Below, piece after piece: positions 26,043 through 34,943 of a stretch of DNA of 64,000 bases. Numbering within the stretch: position 1 is the first letter of the stretch; each line of letters starts with the position of its first letter. The DNA is from Acidobacteriota bacterium (GTDB taxonomy: Bacteria; Acidobacteriota; Thermoanaerobaculia; UBA5066; Gp7-AA6). The notes below the pieces were generated by a model. It was not told the DNA's origin. It searched no databases and saw only the letters and a list, made by a program, of their open reading frames with translations. The position numbers and the translations under genes were made by a program. Where the stretch lies: positions 4,501 to 68,500 of the forward strand of contig JBDTOO010000015.1 of the NCBI GenBank assembly GCA_039933215.1, given 5' to 3'.

Positions 26043-27685
26043 TTCCGCTGCCGGAAGAGGCGGGAGAAGAGACCCGGGCGGTCGGACGAAGGAGCGGCAT
26101 CGGCCGCGCCGGGCGTCCCCTCTTCCGCGGGATTCTCCCCCGCCTCGGAGGCTCCGAAGCTGGCGTCCGCGAGCGTGAGGGAATCCGGCGCCTTTTCGGG
26201 AAGTGCTCCGAGAAGGATCTGGTCGAGCAGCTCCTGGTTCTCCGGCGTGGGCGCGAGATCCACGGCCCGGCGCGCGAACGTCTCCGCCTCGTCGTCCCTC
26301 CCGTGCTGGTGCAGGGCGCGAGCCGCCGCCCGGATGTAGGGCACTCCGCGCGGAGACAGCCTCGCCGCCTCTTTCAGGTTTTCCAGGCCCTTGGAGATCC
26401 ACATCGAGTTCTTCAACTCGACCATGCCCAGGCAAAGGCGGTACTCCGGATTGTCGGGGACGAACCGGATCGCCTCGCGCAGCATCTCGACCGCGGGATG
26501 AAAGTCCTTCTGCTCGATCAGCTCCCGCGCGCGCGTGAAGCTCTGCCTGGCGAGATTCTTTCGGATCTCCGGGTCGGTGGACGTCTCCGCGACGGCGACC
26601 GAGACAGGAGCGGCGTCGAGGGTGTCGTCGTACTCGGCGCGCCGGGCCGGATCCGACAGGACCTCGTGCGCGAGCTTCAGCCGGTCGAACACCGCCGTCA
26701 GCTCCTTGGCGAACTGCGCGAGGTCGTCGCGGTGGCGCAGGTCCGGATGGAACAGGCGGCTGCGCTCGAAGTACGCCTTGCCAATCTGTTCATCGGATGC
26801 GTTGGCCGGCACGCCCAGGAGCTCGTAGTGCGTGAGCCAGTCGATTCGGCGGTAGGTGTTACGGACGAGCTCGGAGTGACCCGGCGTGCCGTCGCGCGGC
26901 TGCGCGTCGACGACGACGTTCAAGCCTTCGAACCCGCCGGCGACCCGGGGAGCGACGCCGTCCTTCTTCCATTCGACGATGCCGCAGGAGAAGAGCGCAT
27001 AGAGAGTCTTGGCCGTCGCGCCGCGCGAGCCGCCGCCGATCTTGAGGAGGGACTCGAGATCGAGCGCGCCGTCGATGCGGGAGAGGAGATAGGCCTCCTG
27101 CGGCGTCAAGGGAAGGTACTGGTAGCGGGACATCGGATCGGTCGAGAGGATCGGCACCGAGCGCGCCTCGCCGAGCCGGCGCAGGAAGGCCTCGCCCTCC
27201 GGAAGCCGGCGGATTCCCTCGACGATGATGGCGGCGGTCGACAGGGTCAGCGCGACGTCCGGGTCGAGCACTCCCGTCGAGGACTGGAAGCGATATTCCC
27301 CCTCTTCCCACTCGAAGGTCGAGAACACGATCTCCTCGACCAGGCGCCGCATCTCCGCGTCGAGGACCTGGCGGGACACCAGACCCTTCTCCACGAGGAT
27401 CTTTCCGAGACGCGCCCGGCCCTGGCGCGCGACCGTCTCGAGCGCCCACGAGAGGTCCTCGTCGGTGATCCAGCCGCGCCGCTTCAGGAAGGCGCCGATC
27501 CTCTGGCCCTCCCGCGACGAAGTCGCCGTGCGCAGCTCCCCCTTCTCGAAGAAGAGGTGGCGCGTCTCATCGCCGCGGACGAGGGTCAGGGTTCCCTTCA
27601 GCCCCTCGAGGAAGATCCGGCGAAGGACCTGAGGGAGGGGCGTTTCCGCCAGAGAGCCGCGAAATCCGGCGCGCGCTGTGTTCAT
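26039..27685 (-). CDS. DUF4388 (PATAN-like) domain protein with J-domain and TPR region
   Basis: 548 aa. N-terminal DUF4388-like segment (PLPQVLRRIFLEGLKGTLTL). DnaJ J-domain with HPD (YELLGVPANASDEQIGKAYFERSRLFHPDL). TPR-like C-terminus. Confidence 0.75.
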   Translation of the reverse strand: MNTARAGFRGSLAETPLPQVLRRIFLEGLKGTLTLVRGDETRHLFFEKGELRTATSSREGQRIGAFLKRRGWITDEDLSWALETVARQGRARLGKILVEKGLVSRQVLDAEMRRLVEEIVFSTFEWEEGEYRFQSSTGVLDPDVALTLSTAAIIVEGIRRLPEGEAFLRRLGEARSVPILSTDPMSRYQYLPLTPQEAYLLSRIDGALDLESLLKIGGGSRGATAKTLYALFSCGIVEWKKDGVAPRVAGGFEGLNVVVDAQPRDGTPGHSELVRNTYRRIDWLTHYELLGVPANASDEQIGKAYFERSRLFHPDLRHRDDLAQFAKELTAVFDRLKLAHEVLSDPARRAEYDDTLDAAPVSVAVAETSTDPEIRKNLARQSFTRARELIEQKDFHPAVEMLREAIRFVPDNPEYRLCLGMVELKNSMWISKGLENLKEAARLSPRGVPYIRAAARALHQHGRDDEAETFARRAVDLAPTPENQELLDQILLGALPEKAPDSLTLADASFGASEAGENPAEEGTPGAADAAPSSDRPGLFSRLFRQRN

Positions 27686-27808
27686 CGGGGCCTGGCCAGA
27701 CAGGTTAGCAGAACGGGACCGGTGTGGCGCGGCGGGGGCCCCGAAGGCGCGCCCGGCGCCGCCGCCCGCGTCGGGGGGCGAGGCCGGACGCCCTCGGTGG
27801 GGATCAGA

Positions 27809-29680
27809 TCATCGGACGGACACGATCGCGGGATGGTTGGCCGACGTCGTGAAGAACGCCGGGATCCGCCCTTTCGCCCGTTTGGCGGCTTCGAGGCTGG
27901 GATAGCGGCCCCAGAGCACCTTGAAGCAGTCGCGACCGCGATGGCTGGTCTTCAGAAGCCACATCGAACCGGCGGGGCGGTCGTGCTTCCACGCCTCCAC
28001 CAGGGAGGGGACTTCGCAGGCGAGCTCGAGCTGGATGGCGTATCGCGTGGAGCGCTCTCCGTCCAGCCGGCGCCGGTCGCGCGCGGCGCGGGATGCCCAT
28101 GTCCCGGAGGAGGCCCCGGCCGCTGCCGACGAACCGGTTGGCACAGCCGCGGCGCGGGGCGTCGGCGCGGCGTGGGGGGCCGCCGGCCGGACCGTCCGGG
28201 TGGCGGCGGGAGCGGCGGCCGCCCCGGTGGCAGTGGGACGCGTGCTCGGAGCTCTCGGGGCCGTCCGGGTCGGAAGAGGTGCCGCCGTCGCCGGGGCCCG
28301 AGCCGCGGCCGAGGCCGTCGGCGTGGAGGCGGAGCGATCGAGTCCCCGGGCGGGCGTCCCGCGCGGCGCGGGCGCCGACGGAGACACCCGAGCGGGCGCG
28401 GTGGGCGCCAGAGCGGCCGCCGCGGAAAAAGGTGTCAGGGCGGGGGAAGGTGACGAGGTCGCGGAAGGCGTCGCCGCCGGGGCCGCCGCCGGACCCTGCT
28501 CGGACACGGACCGGGAGCGCCAGAAGAGAAGCGCCGCGACCGCGACGACGAGGCCGGCGAAGAACCAGCCGATGATGGTCCCGGAGCCCCGGCGCGGCGG
28601 CTCCGGCGGCTCGTCACCGGGCGGAAGCGGATCGAAGCCCGACGGTCCGGAGGGTCCGCCGGAAAAATCGTCCCGGTCGCTGCGCCCTTCGCGCAGATCG
28701 GGCAGCGGATAGGTATCCAGGGGGGACGAGGAGGACGAGTCCGGCGGGACCACCGGGTCCCAGAGCTCGTTGCGCCGGGTCGCCCGGTCGTTCGAGTCGT
28801 CGAGGCCCGCCACGGACTCAGCGGGGGGCCAGTCCGCCTCCGCCTCCGCCGCCGGGGCTGCGGCCGCCGTCGCGAGGAGCTCCTCCGGGGGGACGCGGCG
28901 CGTGGACTCGAGGTCCTCGGCCGCGATCGCGGCCCCGGCGGCCTCCCGCGATTCCCCGGCCGCTTCCTCCCCGGGAATCCTCTCGGCGCGAACGAGTCCG
29001 AGAGTCGTCAGAGCCGCGAGCAGCTTGTGCACCGCGAACTCGTCGGCGGGGGCGCTGCGCGCGATCTCCGCCGCAGTCGACTGCCCGTCGATCAACCGAA
29101 CGACCGATTCCGCGTCGGCGGTCAGGCCGAAGGTTGCGAACTCGTGCTCGAAGTCTTCGGAGCGCACGAGCGGCGCATCCGTCGCCCCGAGCTGGTGGTC
29201 GACGAAGTGCCGGTCTCGCGACCGGAGGAAGAGCTCCAGGAGGAGCCGCGGGACCGCGACCGTGAACTCTCCGGCGGCGGGCCGAGCGTCGGCGTCGAAG
29301 TAGTACTTGCCCTCGGACCAGGAGAGGAGGTCCGCCAGGATCTCGATCGCGCGGATCTTCTCTCCCCATCGCCATTCCCGCCGGGTGAGGATCCCCGCCT
29401 GGAGCGCGGCGAGGGATGCGTCGCTTCCCTCGGGGATCGCGAGGCGTTCGAGCGCGGCGGCGTCGAGCTTCGACGCGCGCACGAGGATCGCGGCGCTTTC
29501 GAACCGCGGCTCTATCGAGGAGACGGAGACCACCTCTCCGTCCACGAGGGAGAAGGAGCCCGACGCGCCCGGGCGGGAGAACGAGACGACTCCCGTCGTC
29601 CGCTGGCGCCAGAACGCGACGAAGGCAGCGAGGAGATCGACATCCCGGATGTCGCCGGCGGTCTCGAATTCGGTCTTCAT
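27809..29680 (-). CDS. DUF4388 (PATAN-like) domain protein with Pro/Ala-rich linker, TM helix and C-terminal SPOR domain
   Basis: ATG verified at 29678-29680 (MKTEFETAGDIRDVDLLAAFVAF...), overlapping the uvrC stop as ATGA. TM helix IIGWFFAGLVVAVAALLFW. C-terminal SPOR-like domain (RYAIQLELACEVPSLVEAW...KVLWGRYPSLEAAKRAKGRIPAFF). The remainder of the 1240-aa ORF is uvrC in another frame. Confidence 0.7.
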   Translation of the reverse strand: MKTEFETAGDIRDVDLLAAFVAFWRQRTTGVVSFSRPGASGSFSLVDGEVVSVSSIEPRFESAAILVRASKLDAAALERLAIPEGSDASLAALQAGILTRREWRWGEKIRAIEILADLLSWSEGKYYFDADARPAAGEFTVAVPRLLLELFLRSRDRHFVDHQLGATDAPLVRSEDFEHEFATFGLTADAESVVRLIDGQSTAAEIARSAPADEFAVHKLLAALTTLGLVRAERIPGEEAAGESREAAGAAIAAEDLESTRRVPPEELLATAAAAPAAEAEADWPPAESVAGLDDSNDRATRRNELWDPVVPPDSSSSSPLDTYPLPDLREGRSDRDDFSGGPSGPSGFDPLPPGDEPPEPPRRGSGTIIGWFFAGLVVAVAALLFWRSRSVSEQGPAAAPAATPSATSSPSPALTPFSAAAALAPTAPARVSPSAPAPRGTPARGLDRSASTPTASAAARAPATAAPLPTRTAPRAPSTRPTATGAAAAPAATRTVRPAAPHAAPTPRAAAVPTGSSAAAGASSGTWASRAARDRRRLDGERSTRYAIQLELACEVPSLVEAWKHDRPAGSMWLLKTSHRGRDCFKVLWGRYPSLEAAKRAKGRIPAFFTTSANHPAIVSVR

Positions 29681-31488
29681 GCGCTGATCACCCTCCCCTG
29701 CTCGAGATAAATCGCCACGGCGCGCGCGGTCGCGGGCCCCACGGCAGCTTCGACGTCCCGCGGATCGGCCGCGGCGAGCCCCGCCAACGAGCCGAAACGA
29801 CGGAGGAGGATGCGGGCCCTCGTCGGGCCCACACCCGGAATGTCCGTGAGACTCGTCTCGCGCATCCGCTTCGAACGGCGTCCGCGATGCCGCGTGATCG
29901 CGAACCGGTGCGCCTCGTCGCGCAGGCGCTGGATCAGCTTCAGCGCCGGGTCCTTCGCCGACAGGCGGATGGGATCGGGGCGCCCGGGAGCCCAGATCTC
30001 CTCCTCCCGCTTGGCGAGTCCGACGACCGGCAGCTCGATGCCGAGGCGATCGAGCGCGGCGAGCGCCGCCTGCAGCTGTCCCCGCCCGCCGTCGACGAGG
30101 ACGAGATCGGGCATCGGTCCGCTTTCCTCGCGGACGCGCCGGTACCGCCGCTCGACGGCCTCCGCCATGCTTTTGAAGTCGTCCGGCGCGAGGAGGCTCT
30201 GCGATGCGATGCCGAAGAGCCGATAGTCGGACTTCTTCGGCTTGCCGTCCTCGAAGACCACCACGGACGCGACGCTGTCGGTGCCCTGGAGATGCGAGAT
30301 GTCGAAGCCTTCGATCCGCCGCGGCGGAACCGGCAGGTCGAGCACCCGGGCCAGGCGCTCGACGCCGAGCTCTTCCTCGCCGCCCACGCGCCGGAAGCGG
30401 ACGCGATGGCGCTCCCGGGCGTTCGTGTTCGCGAGCTCGACCCGATCGACCGCCGGACCGCGCTTCGGCACGCGCACGACGACCCGGGCCTCGCGCCGCG
30501 CGAGGAGGAATTCCTCGAGCAGGGCGCAGCTCGGGATCTCGACCGGCAGGTGGACCTCGTCCGGGAGAAACGGATTGACGTCGTAGTACTGGGGCAGAAA
30601 CGCGTCCAGGAACGCGGCCGGCTGGACCTCCTCCGATTTCTCGAAGAAGAACTCCCGGCGATCCTGGAGCGCCCCGCCCCGGACGACGAGGAGGCAGAGG
30701 GAGACGTCGCCGCCGGACTCGAAGAACCCGAACACGTCCGCGCTCTCCCCCTTCATGGACTGGACGAGCTGCCGCTCGGCGACGTCCTGGACGGTCCGGA
30801 CCGCGTCCCGGTACGCCGCCGCCATCTCGTAGTTCTCGAGAGTCGCGGCCTCCGTCATCTTCGCCTCCAGCCGCGGCAAGAGCTCCCGGTTCCGGCCCTG
30901 GAGGAAGAGGATCACGTCCCGGACGGCGTCGGCGTACGCCTCCCGCGTCGTCAACCCCGCCACGCACGGGCCGAGGCACGCGTGGAGGTCGTAGTACAGG
31001 CAGGGGCGCGGAAGCTTCCCGTCGATCTCGATCGAGCAGGTCCGGATCTGGAAATGGCGCGTGATCATCCGCATGATCCGCCGCGCGAGCCCGCCCCAGA
31101 AGGGACCGAAGTACGAGTGCCCGTCGTTTTGGACCCGCCGCGTGACGAGCGCGCGCGGCCACGGCTCCCCCGTCGTCACCTTGATGTAGGGGTAAGTCTT
31201 GTCGTCCCGCAGGCAGATGTTGTAGCGGGGGCGGTGCTTCTTGATGAGGGTGTTCTCGAGGAGAAGCGCCTCGAGCTCGGTGTTCGTGACGATCGTCTCC
31301 AGGTCCGTGAAGGCCCGCAGGAGCGCGTCCGTCTTCGAGCTCTCGATGCCGCGGGTGAAGTAGGACGCCACCCGCTTCTTGAGGGAGCGGGCCTTCCCGA
31401 CATAGAGGATCTTTCCCCGGGCGCCCTTGAAGAGGTAAACGCCGGGCGCGTCGGGGACGTTTTGCGGCGGCGCCGCGCTCACGGGCAT
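29677..31488 (-). CDS. uvrC: Excinuclease ABC subunit C
   Basis: GIY-YIG N-terminal domain (PGVYLFKGARGKILYVGKARSLKKRV), UvrBC-interaction region, RNase-H-like endonuclease domain and HhH C-terminus. Start placed at the second ATG (MPVSAAPP...) to leave room for the divergent small gene. Confidence 0.9.
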   Translation of the reverse strand: MPVSAAPPQNVPDAPGVYLFKGARGKILYVGKARSLKKRVASYFTRGIESSKTDALLRAFTDLETIVTNTELEALLLENTLIKKHRPRYNICLRDDKTYPYIKVTTGEPWPRALVTRRVQNDGHSYFGPFWGGLARRIMRMITRHFQIRTCSIEIDGKLPRPCLYYDLHACLGPCVAGLTTREAYADAVRDVILFLQGRNRELLPRLEAKMTEAATLENYEMAAAYRDAVRTVQDVAERQLVQSMKGESADVFGFFESGGDVSLCLLVVRGGALQDRREFFFEKSEEVQPAAFLDAFLPQYYDVNPFLPDEVHLPVEIPSCALLEEFLLARREARVVVRVPKRGPAVDRVELANTNARERHRVRFRRVGGEEELGVERLARVLDLPVPPRRIEGFDISHLQGTDSVASVVVFEDGKPKKSDYRLFGIASQSLLAPDDFKSMAEAVERRYRRVREESGPMPDLVLVDGGRGQLQAALAALDRLGIELPVVGLAKREEEIWAPGRPDPIRLSAKDPALKLIQRLRDEAHRFAITRHRGRRSKRMRETSLTDIPGVGPTRARILLRRFGSLAGLAAADPRDVEAAVGPATARAVAIYLEQGRVISA

Positions 31489-31562
31489 AAACAAGTGTAA
31501 CGCGCCGGATCTGCAAGCGATTTCGCGCCACGGCCGGCCCGGCGCGGTATCATTCGCCACCG

Positions 31563-31769
31563 ATGATCGAGTGCCCTTACTGCTACAAAGCGGTCAAGCC
31601 CCAGGACGCCGTCTGCCCTCACTGCGGCAAGCCGATCGAGCGGTGGCAGACGGGGTTCTACAGCCGTCAGCAGCTGCCCGCCAAATCCCGCAACGCCGTG
31701 TGGATCGGCGCCGCCCTCCTCTTCCTTCTGGTACTCGCGGGCTTCGCGAAGTCCTGCCACTGGCTGTAA
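31563..31769 (+). CDS. Small zinc-ribbon membrane protein (68 aa), hypothetical
   Basis: CPYC...CPHC double Cys pair, then a TM helix AVWIGAALLFLLVLAGFA. No strong Shine-Dalgarno sequence upstream. Confidence 0.4.
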   Translation: MIECPYCYKAVKPQDAVCPHCGKPIERWQTGFYSRQQLPAKSRNAVWIGAALLFLLVLAGFAKSCHWL

Positions 31770-31958
31770 CGTCGCCTCCGCGGTCGCGCTGCGCGCGACC
31801 GCTCCGGCTCCCGCCGCGTGAGGCTCCTCCCTCCCTTCGGTCGGGAGACTCCTCACGCGGCGAGCGGTCATCGCCGGCCGGGCGGGGGCGACTCCAGGGC
31901 GCGTGAGGGCCTTTGGGGGTGAGACGGCGTCTGAAAGGGTGACGGGCGCCTGAAAGAT

Positions 31959-34040
31959 CTACCTGAAGATCTGCAGCTCTCGCAGGGAGCGGAGCTCGTC
32001 GCGCAGCTGGGCGGCGCGTTCGAAATCGAGGGCCTTGGCGGCCGCCTTCATCGTCTTCTCCAGGTCGGCGATGCGGGTGCGCAGGGTCTCGGAGTCCGGC
32101 ACCGCCGGCCCGTCTTTCGGCGGAAGCAAACCGTCGTGGTAGTCCATGCTCGCCATGCGGACGAGCGGCGAGTCGATCTGCTTGATGATGGAAGCGGGCT
32201 CGATCCCGTTCTCCCGGTTGTAGGTCTCCTGGATCGCCCGGCGGCGATTCGTTTCGGACATGGCGCGCCGCATCGATTCGGTGACGACGTCGGCGTAGAA
32301 GTAGACGCGGCCCTGGAGGTTTCGGGCGGCGCGGCCCGCGGTCTGGATGAGGGACGTCTCGCTGCGCAGGAACCCTTCCTTGTCGGCGTCCAGGATGGCG
32401 ACGACCGCGACCTCCGGGAGGTCGAGTCCCTCTCGCAGCAGGTTGATGCCGATCAGGCAGTCGAAGATCCCGCGCCGGAAGTCGGCGAGGATCGTGACGC
32501 GGTCGAGCGTCTCGATGTCCGAGTGGAGGTAACGGCAGCGGACTCCCACCTCGGCGAAGTAGGACGTCAGCTCCTCGGCCATGCGCTTGGTCAGAGTGGT
32601 CACGAGAACGCGTTCGTTGCGGGACGCGGCTTCGCGCACGACCCCGAGGAGGTCGTCGACCTGTCCCTTCACGGGCCGCACCTCGATCTGCGGATCGAGG
32701 AGCCCCGTCGGGCGAATGACCTGCTCGACGACCTCGCCCCCCGTCGCCGCGAGCTCCTCCTTCGCGGGAGTCGCGCTCACGTTCAAGATCTGGCCGATCC
32801 GCCCCTGGAATTCCTCGTAGGTCAGGGGCCTGTTGTCCAGCGCGGACGGGAGCCGGAACCCGTACTCGACCAGCACTTCCTTGCGGGAGCGGTCGCCGAA
32901 GAACATCCCGCGAACCTGGGGCAGCGTGACGTGCGACTCGTCCACGACGAGGAGGAAGTCGGAGGGAAAATAGTCGATGAGCGTCGGCGGAGGCTCGCCG
33001 GCGCGGCGCCCGGAGAGATGCCGGGAGTAGTTCTCGATGCCGTTGCAGTAGCCGAGCTCCTTGATCATCTCGAGATCGAACATCGTCCGCTGGTGCAGGC
33101 GCTGAGCTTCGAGCAGCCGGTTGCCTGCCGTGAGCTCGGCGAGGCGCTGATCGAGCTCGATCTTGATCGTGTCGACGGCGCGGTCGAGCGTCTCGCGCGG
33201 CGTGGCGTAGAAGGTCCTCGGATAGATCGCCAGGCGCTCGACGCGCCGGAGCGCGGTTCCCCGGAGAGGATCGGTCCGGCTGATCTTTTCGATCTCGTCG
33301 CCGAAGTACTCGACCCGGACCGCGACGTCCTCGTACGCCGGGTGGATCTCGACGACGTCCCCGCGGACGCGAAATGTTCCGCGGATCAGGTCCATGTTCG
33401 TGCGCTCGTACTGCATCTGCACGAGCTGCGCGAGGAGCGCCGGCATCCCCGAGCGGTCGCCGACCGAGATGTAGGCGAGCATGTCGTAGTACGAGTCCGG
33501 CGCCCCGAGTCCGTAAATGCAGGACACCGACGCCACCACGATCACGTCGCGCCGCTCGAAGAGCGCTTTCGACGCCGAAAGGCGCAGCTTGTCGATCTCC
33601 TCGTTGCGCGACGTTTCCTTCTCGATATACGTGTCCGACTGTGGGATGTAGGCCTCGGGCTGGTAGTAGTCGTAGTAGGAGACGAAATACTCGACCGAGT
33701 TCTCGGGGAAGAATCCGCGGAACTCCTGGTAGAGCTGCGCCGCCAGGGTCTTGTTGTGGGAGAGAACGAGCGTCGGGCGATTCACCGTCTCGATCACCTT
33801 GGCGACCGTGAACGTCTTGCCCGAGCCGGTCACGCCGAGGAGGACCTGGTTGCGCCGGCCCTCCCGGAGACCTTCCACGAGCCGGTCGATCGCCTGGCCC
33901 TGATCCCCCTGGGGCGTGAAATCCGTGACGAGGCGAAACTGCCCGCCCGTCCGGGCCTGCGCGTCGCGATAGGACCCGGGCTTCGACTCGAGCGACAGCG
34001 GCGCGTCGGGCCGCGGCCTGGCCCCGGGGCGGGGGCTCAC
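31959..34040 (-). CDS. uvrB: Excinuclease ABC subunit B
   Basis: Core matches UvrB ([24 protein letters not shown]...GVTGSGKTF Walker A; beta-hairpin; C-terminal UvrC-interaction helix). No ATG lies near the conserved N-terminus. Start given at an in-frame GTG (34040); a CTG at 33998 or the distal ATG at 34229 are alternatives. Confidence 0.9.
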   Translation of the reverse strand: MSPRPGARPRPDAPLSLESKPGSYRDAQARTGGQFRLVTDFTPQGDQGQAIDRLVEGLREGRRNQVLLGVTGSGKTFTVAKVIETVNRPTLVLSHNKTLAAQLYQEFRGFFPENSVEYFVSYYDYYQPEAYIPQSDTYIEKETSRNEEIDKLRLSASKALFERRDVIVVASVSCIYGLGAPDSYYDMLAYISVGDRSGMPALLAQLVQMQYERTNMDLIRGTFRVRGDVVEIHPAYEDVAVRVEYFGDEIEKISRTDPLRGTALRRVERLAIYPRTFYATPRETLDRAVDTIKIELDQRLAELTAGNRLLEAQRLHQRTMFDLEMIKELGYCNGIENYSRHLSGRRAGEPPPTLIDYFPSDFLLVVDESHVTLPQVRGMFFGDRSRKEVLVEYGFRLPSALDNRPLTYEEFQGRIGQILNVSATPAKEELAATGGEVVEQVIRPTGLLDPQIEVRPVKGQVDDLLGVVREAASRNERVLVTTLTKRMAEELTSYFAEVGVRCRYLHSDIETLDRVTILADFRRGIFDCLIGINLLREGLDLPEVAVVAILDADKEGFLRSETSLIQTAGRAARNLQGRVYFYADVVTESMRRAMSETNRRRAIQETYNRENGIEPASIIKQIDSPLVRMASMDYHDGLLPPKDGPAVPDSETLRTRIADLEKTMKAAAKALDFERAAQLRDELRSLRELQIFR

Positions 34041-34161
34041 GACCCTGCCATCCCGGCGGCGCGACGCGGGCGGGTCGGGAAAGAGTGGGAAGGGGGCACG
34101 AGAGCGGCAAACAGATCCCGGGCCGCCCGAATTTCGAGAGGCCGGAAGGGGCGGAAACGGG

Positions 34162-34659
34162 TCAGGGCGACCGGCCCGGGGAGGGCGTGAGCGCGGGGGA
34201 CGCCGGGGACGGCGACGGAGTCGGCGCAACGGGACTGCCGGCGGCCTCGCGGAACGCTTCCGTGAGCTCCCGCACCTGCTCCCGGGAGATCTGGTTCTGC
34301 GGGCCGCCCCGCAGGATCACTCCGCGCACGCGCTCGAGCGAGCGGGTGTTCGCGGTTCCCTGCTTCATGCGGTCGCGGAAGGCGGCGTAGGCCGCGCGCA
34401 GGTCCGCCTTCTCGGCTTCGGTGACGTCCGGCGCGTAGTGGCCCTCCACCTGCTTCATGACGTAATCGGTGATCGCCTGGGGGTTGCGCCGCAGGTAGAG
34501 CATCCCGGCGATCAGGCAGATCAGGATGAGAAGCGCCGCGATGCCGCAGCCGATGAGGCCGTTCTTCAGGCACCCGCTTCGCGGCGTGGCGGGAGGCGGG
34601 ATCGGGACCGCGTAGCCGGGGGGCGGCGGGACGCTGCTCACGGAGGAAACATATCGCAT
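34162..34659 (-). CDS. Membrane-anchored hypothetical protein (165 aa)
   Basis: N-terminal Pro-rich stretch. One TM helix ([22 protein letters not shown]). Soluble domain with no recognisable family. Pro/Ser/Ala-rich C-terminus. Confidence 0.5.
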   Translation of the reverse strand: MRYVSSVSSVPPPPGYAVPIPPPATPRSGCLKNGLIGCGIAALLILICLIAGMLYLRRNPQAITDYVMKQVEGHYAPDVTEAEKADLRAAYAAFRDRMKQGTANTRSLERVRGVILRGGPQNQISREQVRELTEAFREAAGSPVAPTPSPSPASPALTPSPGRSP

Positions 34660-34696
34660 CGCCGGCCGGTCTTCGAGGGACCGGGAAGAGTCCCCG

Positions 34697-34907
34697 AAGG
34701 TGAAGGTCAGAGGTGAGAGGGAAGAGGTCAGAGGGAACGGTCAGAGTGGTGGAAGGGTGACGGTCGCCGTCGGAAGGCGTCAGCACTCCATCGGCTTCTC
34801 CGCCCGGTGACCAGGGCTGCTGTCACCCGTCACCCGTCACCCGTGACCGGTCCCACCCGTCACCGGTCCGTCTCACCTCTCCCCCTCCCACCTCCACCTC
34901 TCTCCTC
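34697..34907. repeat. Intergenic polypurine/polypyrimidine imperfect inverted repeat with short tandem motifs
   Basis: A purine-rich arm at 34697-34767 contains GGTCAGAG three times and GGTGAGAGG. A pyrimidine-rich arm at 34821-34907 contains GTCACCC three times in tandem and CCTCTCACC-like reverse complements of the left-arm motifs. Confidence 0.5.
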
Positions 34908-34943
34908 GCCGCCCGGCGGGACCCTAACCTCTACAATGGAGGC

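Noticed and set aside
27809-31531. 1240-aa ORF spanning uvrC and the DUF4388-SPOR gene
   Set aside because: uvrC is encoded in a different frame over 29677..31488. The real DUF4388-SPOR gene starts at the ATG at 29680. The upstream 600 aa are Arg/Gly/Pro-rich nonsense.
34821-34870. Heptamer tandem repeats (GTCACCC ×3) considered as a CRISPR-like or minisatellite array
   Set aside because: The repeat unit is only 7 nt with no spacers. No cas genes are present. It is better explained as part of the Pu/Py inverted-repeat element.
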